Source: Longimicrobiales bacterium (GTDB taxonomy: Bacteria > Gemmatimonadota > Gemmatimonadetes > Longimicrobiales > Gaopeijiaceae). From it: a stretch of DNA of 64,000 nucleotides. Shown piece by piece: positions 10,260 to 19,918 of this stretch (its first letter is position 1; every line of letters starts with the position of its first letter). The stretch is taken from assembly GCA_965248195.1 (NCBI GenBank), contig CBDFIQ010000001.1, forward strand, positions 192,001-256,000, in the 5' to 3' direction. Made by a program: the position numbers and the translations under genes. The notes beneath the pieces are model-generated. The model had not been told where the DNA came from. It made no database searches and saw only the letters and a program-made list of their open reading frames with translations.

Positions 10260-11176
10260 TGAGGAAGCCCACAGTCTTGAAGCCGATGGACATGACCACT
10301 GCCGAAGCGCTGCTGAAAGAAGCGAAACAGGTCCTGGATCGACACGGAGTGGTCTTCTTCCTGCGCCATGGCACATGTCTGGGCGCTGTGAGGGATAACG
10401 CCTTCATCCAGTGGGACGATGACGTGGACATCGGTTCGGTGATCGGCCTGCATGGTCTTACCGAGGGATTGGTGCGTAGTGTAGTGGACGTGTTCAGGGA
10501 GCACGGGTTCGACGCGAGAATCCAAGAGAACGAACTTCATGTGAGTGTTGATCTGAAGAAATCCGGCACCCAGATGGACTGGACCTGCTATCGAGTCATT
10601 GACGACAGCATTTATCAGTGGCCGCTCGTTCAAATCCCCGTAAGCCTGCACACGGAGCTGAAAGAGATCGATTTCCTTGGCGAGAAATTCTTGGTTCCGA
10701 ATCCGCCCGAGCAATACCTCAGGCTCAAGTACGGTAAGGAATGGATGATTCCAAAGAAAGCGGGCGGGTTCGAACAGGAAGTCCTGGATCTTATGGCCGA
10801 GACGACTCTTCCCATTACTTCCGATGGGATCGTGGGCCTGGCCAACAAACTCGACCCTCAACGGCACACTGGCCGTCTCAAGGTCCTCGATCTCGAGGGT
10901 CGTCCGGTCGAGGGGGCCGAGGTCTCGTTAGCCGCCACGACCGTCCTGACAGGGCTGGAAAGGGCAAAAACCAAAAAAGACGGATATGTCTACTTCAGCC
11001 TGCCTCATGCAGCCGGATACGTCGTCGCCGTCCAATATGGAGATCACAAGGAGATTCTCTATTTTGAGCACCTCGCACCTGGTGTTGACTACGTCTACAA
11101 ACCGGATTCCCAGAATCCCGCGGGCAGAGCGGACGCCCTGATTGCTGAACAGGGTGACCAAAGCTTCGATCGATAG
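10259..11176 (+). CDS. LicD-family nucleotidyl/phosphotransferase with C-terminal beta-sandwich extension
   Basis: GTCLGAVR...IQWDDDVDIG and YL...YG..W..P motifs; TGATG overlap with the alpha-subunit stop. Confidence 0.8.
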   Translation: MRKPTVLKPMDMTTAEALLKEAKQVLDRHGVVFFLRHGTCLGAVRDNAFIQWDDDVDIGSVIGLHGLTEGLVRSVVDVFREHGFDARIQENELHVSVDLKKSGTQMDWTCYRVIDDSIYQWPLVQIPVSLHTELKEIDFLGEKFLVPNPPEQYLRLKYGKEWMIPKKAGGFEQEVLDLMAETTLPITSDGIVGLANKLDPQRHTGRLKVLDLEGRPVEGAEVSLAATTVLTGLERAKTKKDGYVYFSLPHAAGYVVAVQYGDHKEILYFEHLAPGVDYVYKPDSQNPAGRADALIAEQGDQSFDR

Positions 11177-11214
11177 CGTATAGACTCAAGCCGGGAGAAC
11201 TGGAAATCACGCGC

Positions 11215-11622
11215 GTGTACGTCGATATGGTGGCCGATCTGTTCCATTACGGTCACGTGAATTTCCTGCGGCAGGCGAGAGAATGCGGTGACTACCTCTT
11301 GGTGGGTGTTCACGCCGATGAAACGGTGATGACTTACAAGCGCCGCCCGATACTCTCAATGGAGGAGCGCGTGGCTTCGGTCGAAGGCTGTCGCTACGTC
11401 GATGAAGTAGTATCCAATGCACCACTCATGATCGAACGTGACTGGATCAAACAGCACGATATCGACCTGATCGTGCACGGAGACGATGTTCCCGGCGAGA
11501 TGGAAGAACGCTGGTACAAAATTCCGATCGAGATGGGCATTTACCGCTCGGTGGCTTACACACCCGGGATCTCCACGACCGACATCATCGCCAGAATCAG
11601 GGAGGAGTTCTCCGATGATTAA
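11215..11622 (+). CDS. HIGH-class cytidylyltransferase (TagD/ECT-like)
   Basis: DLFHYGH, VGVH.D, ER...V..CRYVDEV, HGDD and ISTT motifs. Confidence 0.85.
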   Translation: MYVDMVADLFHYGHVNFLRQARECGDYLLVGVHADETVMTYKRRPILSMEERVASVEGCRYVDEVVSNAPLMIERDWIKQHDIDLIVHGDDVPGEMEERWYKIPIEMGIYRSVAYTPGISTTDIIARIREEFSDD

Positions 11623-11703
11623 TGGCCATGCCGAGTGTCAGGGCGGCGGCGAGTGCCAACCTTCGCGCGCCTGCCACCCCCAACGGCTGGCGTCGGCGCC
11701 TAG

Positions 11704-12942
11704 TCACGGCGCCTGCTTCTGGGGGATGACGAGGCTACCGCTGAATCCGACGAGGGCCGCCATCGCGAAGACCACAGCCTGTCCTGTCGCTACCACGGGT
11801 TGGTAACCCGTCACGTTGATCCCGACGGCGTAGGCCACAGTGGCGATGAGACCGAGCAGCATCCCGCTACCGAGGTAGGGGAGATATGCGGGGCCCGGCG
11901 CAGACGCCTCCGCTCCTCGTTTCTTGAGCGCCCACGCGGCGGTCCCACCGACGGCACCGCCGATCAAAGCTATCGTGAGGAAGAACCAGGGAAACACGAA
12001 TTCCACGGTAGTCTGCACGTTCTGGAACGCGACGCTTCTGGCCGTCACGGTGGACGTGCCCACCCAGTAGGACCGGATCGACGTTCGGCCGGTCCCGTCA
12101 GCGCTCAGTCTGACCTCACTATCTACCAGATTGCCGTGGTCCGCAGCCAACTGCACAGCCGCCCCCGTTCCCGAAGGCGCGGGACCGAGCGTCAGCGTCG
12201 CTTGTTCCAGGCCCATGCCTTGCACTCGCGTCGGGGAGGCTTCGAGTATCAGCTCGTCTCGGTCGATCGGGATCTCGATGTCAACTCCGTCAGGGTGGAG
12301 TGTCGTCCTCACGTTGAGTAGCAGATTCGTCCCCGGCGTGGCTTCCTCGAGCGAAACGGCCGCGAACGGCAAGTTCGTATGACCGATCGAAAGATCTTGA
12401 GGCGTGATCGCATCCGCGCTGCCCGTGACCAGGAACGAGATCGTGTCAGGCAGATTCACGGAGCCGGCTCGCTGAAGGCTGTCTTCAACGCCGATGCGGA
12501 TGGAGCCTCGAAAGGTCCCGTCTCCTGCGTCGTAGCGCAGCCCACCGCCCTCGACTATGACGACCGGAACCAGCAACATGCCAACCCCGGCGTCGGTCTC
12601 CAGGAATGCACGATCCGGCAGGACGATGCGGGCGCCCGCACCGCGGCTGGGTGGAGCGACCACCGCAGAGTCGGCAACACGAACCGCGATGAGGACACCC
12701 TGCGGGAGGATGCTGTCGGTCGCAATCTGAGCTTGCAAACCGTCCCGCGAGACGGCGCCCTGGACCCCGACTCGCAACGAATCCAGGAAGTACGCTTCAA
12801 CTCCGAAGCGCTCTATCGTGCGTCGAATTTGCGCATCCAGCGGCGCTCCCACGCCGAGCAAGCCTACAGACGAGACCAGTATGGATAATAGCCCCCGTCG
12901 TAATCCCCGGGATCGCCATCTGATGGCTGTACTCCAAGGCAT
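11704..12942 (-). CDS. Hypothetical secreted/membrane protein (Ig-like region, three C-terminal TM helices)
   Basis: Signal peptide, beta-rich middle, hydrophobic C-terminus; GAGAGG RBS before ATG 12942. Confidence 0.6.
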   Translation of the reverse strand: MPWSTAIRWRSRGLRRGLLSILVSSVGLLGVGAPLDAQIRRTIERFGVEAYFLDSLRVGVQGAVSRDGLQAQIATDSILPQGVLIAVRVADSAVVAPPSRGAGARIVLPDRAFLETDAGVGMLLVPVVIVEGGGLRYDAGDGTFRGSIRIGVEDSLQRAGSVNLPDTISFLVTGSADAITPQDLSIGHTNLPFAAVSLEEATPGTNLLLNVRTTLHPDGVDIEIPIDRDELILEASPTRVQGMGLEQATLTLGPAPSGTGAAVQLAADHGNLVDSEVRLSADGTGRTSIRSYWVGTSTVTARSVAFQNVQTTVEFVFPWFFLTIALIGGAVGGTAAWALKKRGAEASAPGPAYLPYLGSGMLLGLIATVAYAVGINVTGYQPVVATGQAVVFAMAALVGFSGSLVIPQKQAP

Positions 12943-13319
12943 CGTCCCCCCTCTCCTATTTGGATACAATGGCCATGCGACTGCTCCTGGTCCTTGTGCG
13001 GAGACGCGAGCCGCACCGGTCCCGCCGAGGTGAGGTCGGCGCCGCGCGCTGGGGGGGCATGGAGCGTGCGCGCGTTGTGATCACCGACCCGCCGCGTGCC
13101 AAAAATGTGCCGACACCAGCTTTGTCACAAGGGGCCAGGGGGTCGCCGGTTCGAACCGAGCGCCACAGAGCCCTCGAAGACCCATACGTCCTCCGTGAGA
13201 CGAGCGAAGGTTGCCGAAGGCGACCGAAGCTCAATCCGGCCGTCCCGATTGAGGAAGCAGCCGTCCAGAATGTGCATTACCTCGTCGCGGTCGGTTTCAC
13301 CGCGGGCGACGAGCTGCGG

Positions 13320-14351
13320 TCACGCGAACGCCACTAGCTCCAACGGTTCTGACTTCCCACGCAGCGTCACGGAGCCCATCTCCTCGGCCGTCCATCCCTT
13401 CGGTAGAGTCAAGCGTGCGAAGAGATCGGCGGACGACACGAGGCGCCTTCCAAGCCGGGCACACTCTCCTTGAATCCGGGCGCCCGTGTTGAGCACGTCG
13501 CCGTTGAAGACGAGCCCCCTCTTCAGATCTCCGATCTCCGCAGTCATTACCTCCCCCACGTGCACCCCGGCCTTGTACTCCGGCACGACGCCGAATCGGT
13601 CCAGGTAACGCTGCCTCTTCTTTTGGATGGTCGAATCGATGTCGAAGAACACTCGGAGGCAGTTCGCATCCTTGATCCCCCTCTCCTCCCTCCAGGTGAG
13701 TACGACTTCGTCTCCGACGTACTCGTAGATCTCACCGCCATTGTCGAGTACCGGCCCGGAGATGTCCCTGAAGAACTCGTTGATGAAAGCGAGGTAGGCC
13801 TCGTGGCCCAACTGTTCTGCGAGAGACGTAGAGGACTTGATGTCGAGGAACATGAAGATGCGGGCCTCTCGGCGAGGCCGGTGATATCGGCCCAGCAGGT
13901 AGCGCAACAGCACGCCGGGACCGAACAGCCGATTGAGTTGCCGGAAGAACACGATGACCACGTAGAGAACGAAGCCGGCTCCCACTTGGAGGTAGAAGCC
14001 CGGCTCGGTGAATGACGCCCAGAAGTCCTCCATCGTCAGGCCCGCCATCAAACCGTAGGTGAGGCCGATCGACTGGAATACGACGACGAGGCATGCGATG
14101 TACGTGAGGGACTTCACCAAGACCGCCACCGAGAAGGGCAGACGTCTCATCCGCTCGTCGAACTTGGACTCCTCCAGCAACGCCAGGGGCATGGCGAGGG
14201 CGATCCCGATGACGAGACCGATGACCGAAACGATCCCCGTATCGATGAACTCGTAACTGAGGGAGACGGGAATGCAGACCATCATGATCAGGATGGCGGT
14301 TCTGAGCCGGCGGGCGGTATTCGCTGTCATGATAGCCTCGGACTGGGACAA
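13320..14351 (-). CDS. Membrane-anchored class III adenylate/guanylate cyclase
   Basis: FMFLDIKSST, YVGDEV, GDVLNTGARIQ and LRGK motifs; four N-terminal TMs; start may be ATG 14330. Confidence 0.88.
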   Translation of the reverse strand: MSQSEAIMTANTARRLRTAILIMMVCIPVSLSYEFIDTGIVSVIGLVIGIALAMPLALLEESKFDERMRRLPFSVAVLVKSLTYIACLVVVFQSIGLTYGLMAGLTMEDFWASFTEPGFYLQVGAGFVLYVVIVFFRQLNRLFGPGVLLRYLLGRYHRPRREARIFMFLDIKSSTSLAEQLGHEAYLAFINEFFRDISGPVLDNGGEIYEYVGDEVVLTWREERGIKDANCLRVFFDIDSTIQKKRQRYLDRFGVVPEYKAGVHVGEVMTAEIGDLKRGLVFNGDVLNTGARIQGECARLGRRLVSSADLFARLTLPKGWTAEEMGSVTLRGKSEPLELVAFA

Positions 14352-14588
14352 ACTCTGATTCGAGTCAGACGATCGGATCAGGCTACCGCACGGAGTGCGG
14401 ATCTCGCAAACCCGGGCCCCTCCGGCATGGAGGGGGTCATGAGGGAGACGCGAGCGTAGCTCACGCAGCTCTCGCGATACACGGCTCGCCGGGGTGGTGC
14501 GGCTCAGACCGGGCGCCTAGTCTGGGGGCGTCCGAGCTGGCGCATGAAAGTGCGGCGCTCTGGACTCCACCGATCCGTCACAGGGGTC

Positions 14589-16154
14589 ATGGTCTACAAC
14601 ACAGCAACCAGAACGACGTCGATCATCAGAGCTCTAGGATGGGTCGCGATCGTGCTCTCGGCGATCCTCCTCCTTGCTGAGGGGGCCTCTCGTCTGGGTG
14701 ACTTGACTCGGGATCCGCCACCGACTGAGGTGCTCGACATTCGCTACGTCCAGCACCCGTGGCTCACGCTCTTCCACATTGTTCCAGGACTGCTGTTTCT
14801 GACGCTGGCTCCCCTGCAGTTCGTCGCCCGGATTCGGAAGCGGCGAATCGGCCTTCACCGCGGCCTAGGGCGGATCCTCGCCATCTGTGCGGCGATCAGC
14901 GGCCTCCTCGCCCTGGTCGTCAACTTCCGCTTTCCCGCCTTCGGCGGCATCAGCACTCAGGCGGCGACGGTTTTTTTCGGCGCCGTCTTTCTCTTTTCAC
15001 TGACGAAGGCGATTCGTCACATCCGGAGGAAAGAGGTAGGCCCCCATCGTGAGTGGATGATCCGAACGTTTGCTTTGGCCATGGGTGTGGCGACCATCCG
15101 GGTCTTCCTCGTGCTTCTCACGGCGCTGTCGGAGCTCAGCCTCGAGGAGGTATTCGGTGCCTCCTTCTGGCTGGGCTTCAGCGTCAATCTCCTGGTAGCG
15201 GAGGTGTGGATCAACCACACGCGGGTGGCGGAGCGGTTTACGGGCACCCGCACCCTATCGGCGAGCATAGGACTATGTTTGGTTTTCGTCGGCATCACTC
15301 CGGCTGTCCATGCTCAATCTAGACCGTCATTCTCGGCGAGTTACGACGTCTTACCTTATCAGAATTTCAAAGACCCAAGGATTGATGGCCAGCCCGCAAC
15401 CGAGTTGGGAGACGCCCAGATACTATCAAATGCAGTGACATTAAGCGCTTCCTACCCTTGGGTCTTTTCAGAGGGGAGGACAGTCCTGACGAGCGAGATC
15501 TACTACCAGCGACGCGAATTCAGCTATAAGAACTTCCCAGGCGGCGACCCCGCCCTTAACGACGTGCATGCCGTGAGCTACACGCTGATGCTGCAACATG
15601 GCCTTTCGCCACAATGGACTGTGCTGACAATGCTGACGCCGAGTCTCGCATCTGATTTTGAAGCGGGTGTTTCCAGTGACGATTTTGCCTTGCAGGCGGT
15701 TGCTATTTTTGTCCGCCAATTCAGCGAGAAGACTTCATTTGGCTTTGGGGCTGCCTATTCAACACTATTCGGTGAGCCTCTTCCGCTACCAGTCCTGGCG
15801 TTTGATTGGAACAACGGCAACAGCCTCAGTTGGAGCACCATCCTTCCGGTAGGTTCAGAGTTCTGGTATCAGTCCTCAGAAAAGCTTCAGCTCGGGCTGG
15901 TCCTCGGTTTGGACGGCAACGATTACCACGGTGATCCGGACATTTACGGCGTTACTGATCCGCGATTGCGATACTCGGTTCTGACGCTTGGCCCGTCCAC
16001 CCGCTATCGTCTTGCCGACCGGGTGCAGCTGAATGTTGAATTCGGATTCAACGGCTTTCATCGTTTTGAATTCTACGACGGGGACGATGAGCAGAATTCT
16101 TTCAATCTGAAACCATCCGTATTCCTTAGGGCGGGTTTCGTGTTTGGAGGTTAG
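14589..16154 (+). CDS. In-frame fusion of DUF2306-like membrane protein and outer-membrane beta-barrel (DUF6268-like)
   Basis: H..PG, HR.LGR and HREWMIR motifs, then an internal signal-like segment (AVHA|Q) and a barrel with PLP.L motif ending GFVFGG. Confidence 0.65.
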   Translation: MVYNTATRTTSIIRALGWVAIVLSAILLLAEGASRLGDLTRDPPPTEVLDIRYVQHPWLTLFHIVPGLLFLTLAPLQFVARIRKRRIGLHRGLGRILAICAAISGLLALVVNFRFPAFGGISTQAATVFFGAVFLFSLTKAIRHIRRKEVGPHREWMIRTFALAMGVATIRVFLVLLTALSELSLEEVFGASFWLGFSVNLLVAEVWINHTRVAERFTGTRTLSASIGLCLVFVGITPAVHAQSRPSFSASYDVLPYQNFKDPRIDGQPATELGDAQILSNAVTLSASYPWVFSEGRTVLTSEIYYQRREFSYKNFPGGDPALNDVHAVSYTLMLQHGLSPQWTVLTMLTPSLASDFEAGVSSDDFALQAVAIFVRQFSEKTSFGFGAAYSTLFGEPLPLPVLAFDWNNGNSLSWSTILPVGSEFWYQSSEKLQLGLVLGLDGNDYHGDPDIYGVTDPRLRYSVLTLGPSTRYRLADRVQLNVEFGFNGFHRFEFYDGDDEQNSFNLKPSVFLRAGFVFGG

Positions 16155-16281
16155 CCGGAAAGGGCGTAAGGCGTACGAGTGGAGTGGGCAACTAACGGCG
16201 ATGCGGTGATGCACGCCCCCCGGAGGTGGCCGGTGGTGGAGTTGCTGGGTTATACGATGGCCTACTGGAGGAGAAGAATCC

Positions 16282-16798
16282 TTGCTGAATTCCTCTGACC
16301 GTCAGGTCCTCCGAATTGGGGCCATTGCCGCCATGCTCGGCCCGCTGGTGCTGTTCGTTTCAACGCTCATGCATCCGCTAGAGGCCGACCCCAACGATGC
16401 AGCTGCGGCTTTCACGGAATATGCCGCCGATCGTCTTTGGGTAGGAACCCACCTTGGTCAATTCCTCGGGATGGCGATTATCGTGGCGGCGTTGGTGATG
16501 CTTTCTCGCTCACTGGAGGAAGGAAAAGCCGCGGCCTGGTCACGCATCGGCTTAGCCGGAGCAATTGCCACTCTTGCTGCCACGGCCGTGCTTCAGGCTG
16601 TCGATGGAGTGGCCCTCAAGTTCATGGTTGACCGATGGGCCGGGGCGCCGCCGGAACAACAACCAGCGATCTTTGAAGCGGCCTTTGGTGTTCGGCAAGT
16701 TGAGGCCGGGTTGGCGAGCCTGACGAGCTTGCTCTTCGCGATCACCGTGACAGTGTACGGTGTCGCCACGATTCTTAGCCCGATCTACCCCGTTTGGG
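16282..16798 (+). pseudogene. Membrane protein (DUF4386-like), 5' part, interrupted by the composite transposon
   Basis: Reading frame resumes at 28782 (...IYPVW-VGFLAILGG...) after the duplicated CGTTTGGG. Confidence 0.85.
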
Positions 16799-18174
16799 GG
16801 TAGTGTCCCTAGATTTGTGTAAAAGCGGATAAGCTGGACAGGAGGGAAAGAAAAACGGAAGCTCCTCTGTTGTTGTTCACTGTCACATGAACCCGGGAGT
16901 CCGGGTCTGCAGAGCAGGCTCGGAACCGGAGAGGAGCTTCCGATGCAAGAGATTGTGGAGATCGGTCGGGCCACGCAAGACGAGCTACGCGATGATTTGC
17001 GCGAGCTGTTTCAAGGCGCGATCCGGCTGACGCTCGAGATGGTGCTGGAAGAGGAGCTGAAGGCCATGGTAGGTGCACGCCGCTTCGAGCGGGTGGGAAG
17101 CCGGAAGGACCATAGGAACGGCACATACCTGAGGCGGCTGCTGACGAGCCTGGGGCAGATCGAGGTCGCCATGCCCCGGAGCCGGGACAACGGTTCGCCG
17201 GCCGACGTGATCGGCCGCTACCAGCGCAGGAGCCCCGAGCTCGACGAGATGATGGTCGAGGCGTATGTGAGCGGCGTGTCACAGCGCAAGATGGGCGACG
17301 TCACCGAGGCGCTGATGGGCGAGCGTGTTGGGCGCTCGACGGTGAGTCGTGTGGCAAAACGGCTCGACGAGGCCGTGGAAGGGCTGCGCCGTGCGCCGAT
17401 CGAGGGGCCTCACCCCTATCTGTACCTGGACGCCACGTTCTTGGACGCCCGCTGGGCCCGCAAAGTCGAGAACGTGAGTGCGCTCGTGGCGTATGCAGTG
17501 GGCCCTGAGGGTCACCGACGGCTCCTGGCCGTCACGCTGGGCGCTGAGGAGTCGCAGCAGAGCTGGTCGGAGCTCCTCGAGCAACTCCAGGACCGCGGCC
17601 TCGGCGGTGTCGAGCTCGTGATCGCCGATGAGCACGCAGGCCTGGCAGCTGCGGTCCGCCGCTTCCTGCCCGAGGCACGCCGTCAGAGGTGTACGGTCCA
17701 TCTGCAGCGTAATGTGGGGGCGAGGGTCCCCCACCGCCTACGCAAGCGCGTGGCGCGTGAGGTCTCGGTGATCTTCCAGACATCCGGACTCGCCGAGGCG
17801 AAGAAGCTCCTGGGCGAGTTCGGCGCACGCTGGAAGAAGGAGCTGCCCGAGGCCGTGGAGGTCCTGGAGCGGGGCTTCGGGGCAGCGACGCAGTTCTACG
17901 CGTTCCCCGAGGCGCACTGGCCCCGGCTGCGTACCACCAACAGCCTCGAGCGGCTGCACGGCGAGATCAAACGCAGGATCAAGGCCGCCGGCGCCTTCCC
18001 GGACCGGGCCAGCGCCCTCAGGCTCATCACGGCCGTCGCACTCAGGACCACACACGTCTGGGGCGACCGGCGTTACCTCGACCTCTCACTCCTCCAGAAA
18101 CAGGAGGTCGCCCAAGCAGCCTAGCCGAAGGCGAGGAGCTTCCTCCGCTTTTACACACAAATCGGGACTTGACC
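16799..18174 (+). mobile_element. IS256-family element, copy 1 (1376 bp)
   Basis: Imperfect terminal IRs GGTAGTGTCCCTAGATTTGTGTAAAAGCGGA / GGTCAAGTCCCGATTTGTGTGTAAAAGCGGA. Confidence 0.95.
16943..18124 (+). CDS. IS256-family DDE transposase
   Basis: RNG.Y.R, YLYLDA, IADEH.GL, QRC.VH and RTTN.LER motifs. Confidence 0.95.
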   Translation: MQEIVEIGRATQDELRDDLRELFQGAIRLTLEMVLEEELKAMVGARRFERVGSRKDHRNGTYLRRLLTSLGQIEVAMPRSRDNGSPADVIGRYQRRSPELDEMMVEAYVSGVSQRKMGDVTEALMGERVGRSTVSRVAKRLDEAVEGLRRAPIEGPHPYLYLDATFLDARWARKVENVSALVAYAVGPEGHRRLLAVTLGAEESQQSWSELLEQLQDRGLGGVELVIADEHAGLAAAVRRFLPEARRQRCTVHLQRNVGARVPHRLRKRVAREVSVIFQTSGLAEAKKLLGEFGARWKKELPEAVEVLERGFGAATQFYAFPEAHWPRLRTTNSLERLHGEIKRRIKAAGAFPDRASALRLITAVALRTTHVWGDRRYLDLSLLQKQEVAQAA

Positions 18175-18580
18175 GCCCATCATGAGCGGTAACGCACGAC
18201 GGTTCATCCTCGCGGCAAACAGCCTAGAGGTTGGAAAGAGTGTTAAGGTTTTCATTTGAACTACCTCCATTGAGGCTATGAATGTCAACGGGGAAGATGC
18301 GTTCAATCGGGTTCCGATGTCATACGTCGAATTACGTAGTAGATGAGTGCAGAGTACGTAGGGGGTTGCCGCTTGCCCTACTCCACCACCACCTGCCTCA
18401 CCGTCTCACTCCAGAACGCCAGCCCGATCTGTGCGATGGCTGGATGGGACGAGAAAACGGCCACCTCCGAACGATGGGGATGGCCGGCCTTTCATGACGG
18501 TTGCCGGCTTCTCCCGTCAGTACCTAAAAAACGAAGCGCCCGATCAATGGAGGGTCTTGAGCTCTGTCCCAAATTCTGCT

Positions 18581-19027
18581 CTATGCTTTCCGGGACTCCA
18601 TCTGCTTTCTCAACCTGTCCAACGTATTCCTCAGTTCCTCAGAGAACGCGGCTTCGAGTACCTTCCGCGGAATCAGCTTGAGCACGCCCCGGCCCTTGCC
18701 GTCGATGTAGATGGTCACGCGCGTGCCCTGCTCGACCTTCTCCCACACAAATTCGCTCCGTACTGAAACCGATGACTTTCCCGTCGTCTCGTAGACGATC
18801 CGGCGCTCAGGCTCCAGTTCCTTCACCACATAGGTGTTCTTCACCTTGCGGCCAAGAAACCGATTTTCGTAGCGCTTCTCCGTTCCCACCATCGTCGGCC
18901 CCTCGGGATGCTTCTTGGCGAACTGTAGGTTCGGTTGCCATTCGATCTCCCTGGAGACGTCGTCCATATACGCGAAGACTTCGGAGACCGGCCGCCTAAT
19001 GACGATGCTCGCGGACGAACGACTCAT
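18581..19027 (-). CDS. SRPBCC/polyketide cyclase family protein
   Basis: I.RPVSEVFAYM.D....EW pattern; START-fold length. Confidence 0.75.
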   Translation of the reverse strand: MSRSSASIVIRRPVSEVFAYMDDVSREIEWQPNLQFAKKHPEGPTMVGTEKRYENRFLGRKVKNTYVVKELEPERRIVYETTGKSSVSVRSEFVWEKVEQGTRVTIYIDGKGRGVLKLIPRKVLEAAFSEELRNTLDRLRKQMESRKA

Positions 19028-19207
19028 TCTGCGGCTACTGGCCCCTCAGGTGTCTCACTAATACTGTCCGCGCCGGTGCGCTCGTGGCTCACACGCGAAC
19101 CCATCAATGTCTGTGCTTCACACGCGGATACATTCGCCACAAGGAGTGCGGGCAAGAGGACCAGGACAGCGTGGACATTCTTCATGCGAGCAGTCCTCGG
19201 CGTGGGA

Positions 19208-19260
19208 GGATCAGACTGCGGTCAACATCCGAGGGCGGGCCGGTGGGCGCAAGCAGAAGC
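19208..19260 (-). promoter_or_regulatory. Dispersed promoter/leader cassette, copy A
   Basis: TTGCGC-N17-GATGTT then GACCGCAGTCTGATC; upstream of a 53-aa ORF (19024..19185). Confidence 0.7.
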
Positions 19261-19291
19261 CCGCCAGATGGAGCAGGCTGGAGCGCGACGG

Positions 19292-19744
19292 CTAATCCCT
19301 TGCACACACCTCCACTAGCCCGCCCTCGCAGGCTCGCTGGTAGAGGCTGAGGGCGCGGTCGACGTCCTGCGTCACGCCCTGGCCGTTCACATATATGAGC
19401 CCGAGGTTGGCACAGCCCTCCATCACACCACCCTCGCAGGCTTGTTCAAAGAGGCTGGCGGCGCGGGGGAAGTCCTGCGTGACCCCTACTCCGTTGCCAT
19501 ATAGGAGCCCGAGGTCGAAGCAGCCCTGCATCGCTCCACCCTCGCAGGCTTGCCGGTAGAGGCTGGTGGCGCGGGCGAGGTCCTGCGTGACGGCCTCACC
19601 CGTGGCATACATGGACCCGAGGTCGCTGCAGGCCGCGCCGATCCCGGCATCGCAGGACCGGCGCAATCCTTCGGCATCCTGACTCACCGATGGACATGCC
19701 AACAGGCCGAGGAAGAGAACGACGAGCAAGGACCTCCGGTTCAT
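19292..19744 (-). CDS. Secreted Sel1-like repeat protein (Hcp-like)
   Basis: AAGGAG RBS, signal peptide, repeated C..LG..Y..G.GV.QD..RA..LY..ACEGG. Confidence 0.88.
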   Translation of the reverse strand: MNRRSLLVVLFLGLLACPSVSQDAEGLRRSCDAGIGAACSDLGSMYATGEAVTQDLARATSLYRQACEGGAMQGCFDLGLLYGNGVGVTQDFPRAASLFEQACEGGVMEGCANLGLIYVNGQGVTQDVDRALSLYQRACEGGLVEVCARD

Positions 19745-19762
19745 AGGCTGGCTCCTTGGTGG

Positions 19763-19814
19763 GATCAGACCGAGGTCAACATCCCAGAGCGGACCGGTAG
19801 GCGCAAGCAGAAGC
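19763..19814 (-). promoter_or_regulatory. Dispersed promoter/leader cassette, copy B
   Basis: GCTTCTGCTTGCGCCTACCGGTCCGCTCTGGGATGTTGACCTCGGTCTGATC just upstream of the Sel1 RBS. Confidence 0.7.
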
Positions 19815-19918
19815 ACCACCATGGCCACCATTAACATCGAGCACCCGGTATTCGGGTGCCGGTGAGGCGTCAAAATGGCTATCATTCGGGCCGTTTGGCC
19901 GACTGGCAAGGAGCGTTC

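Noticed and set aside
11640..11662. CIRCE element (GAGTGCCAA)
   Set aside because: Left arm missing, and it lies between convergent genes.
13125..13322. Selenocysteine/readthrough extension of the cyclase (frame stays open after TGA)
   Set aside because: The cyclase domain is already complete; no recognisable SECIS or domain; open frames are common at this GC content.
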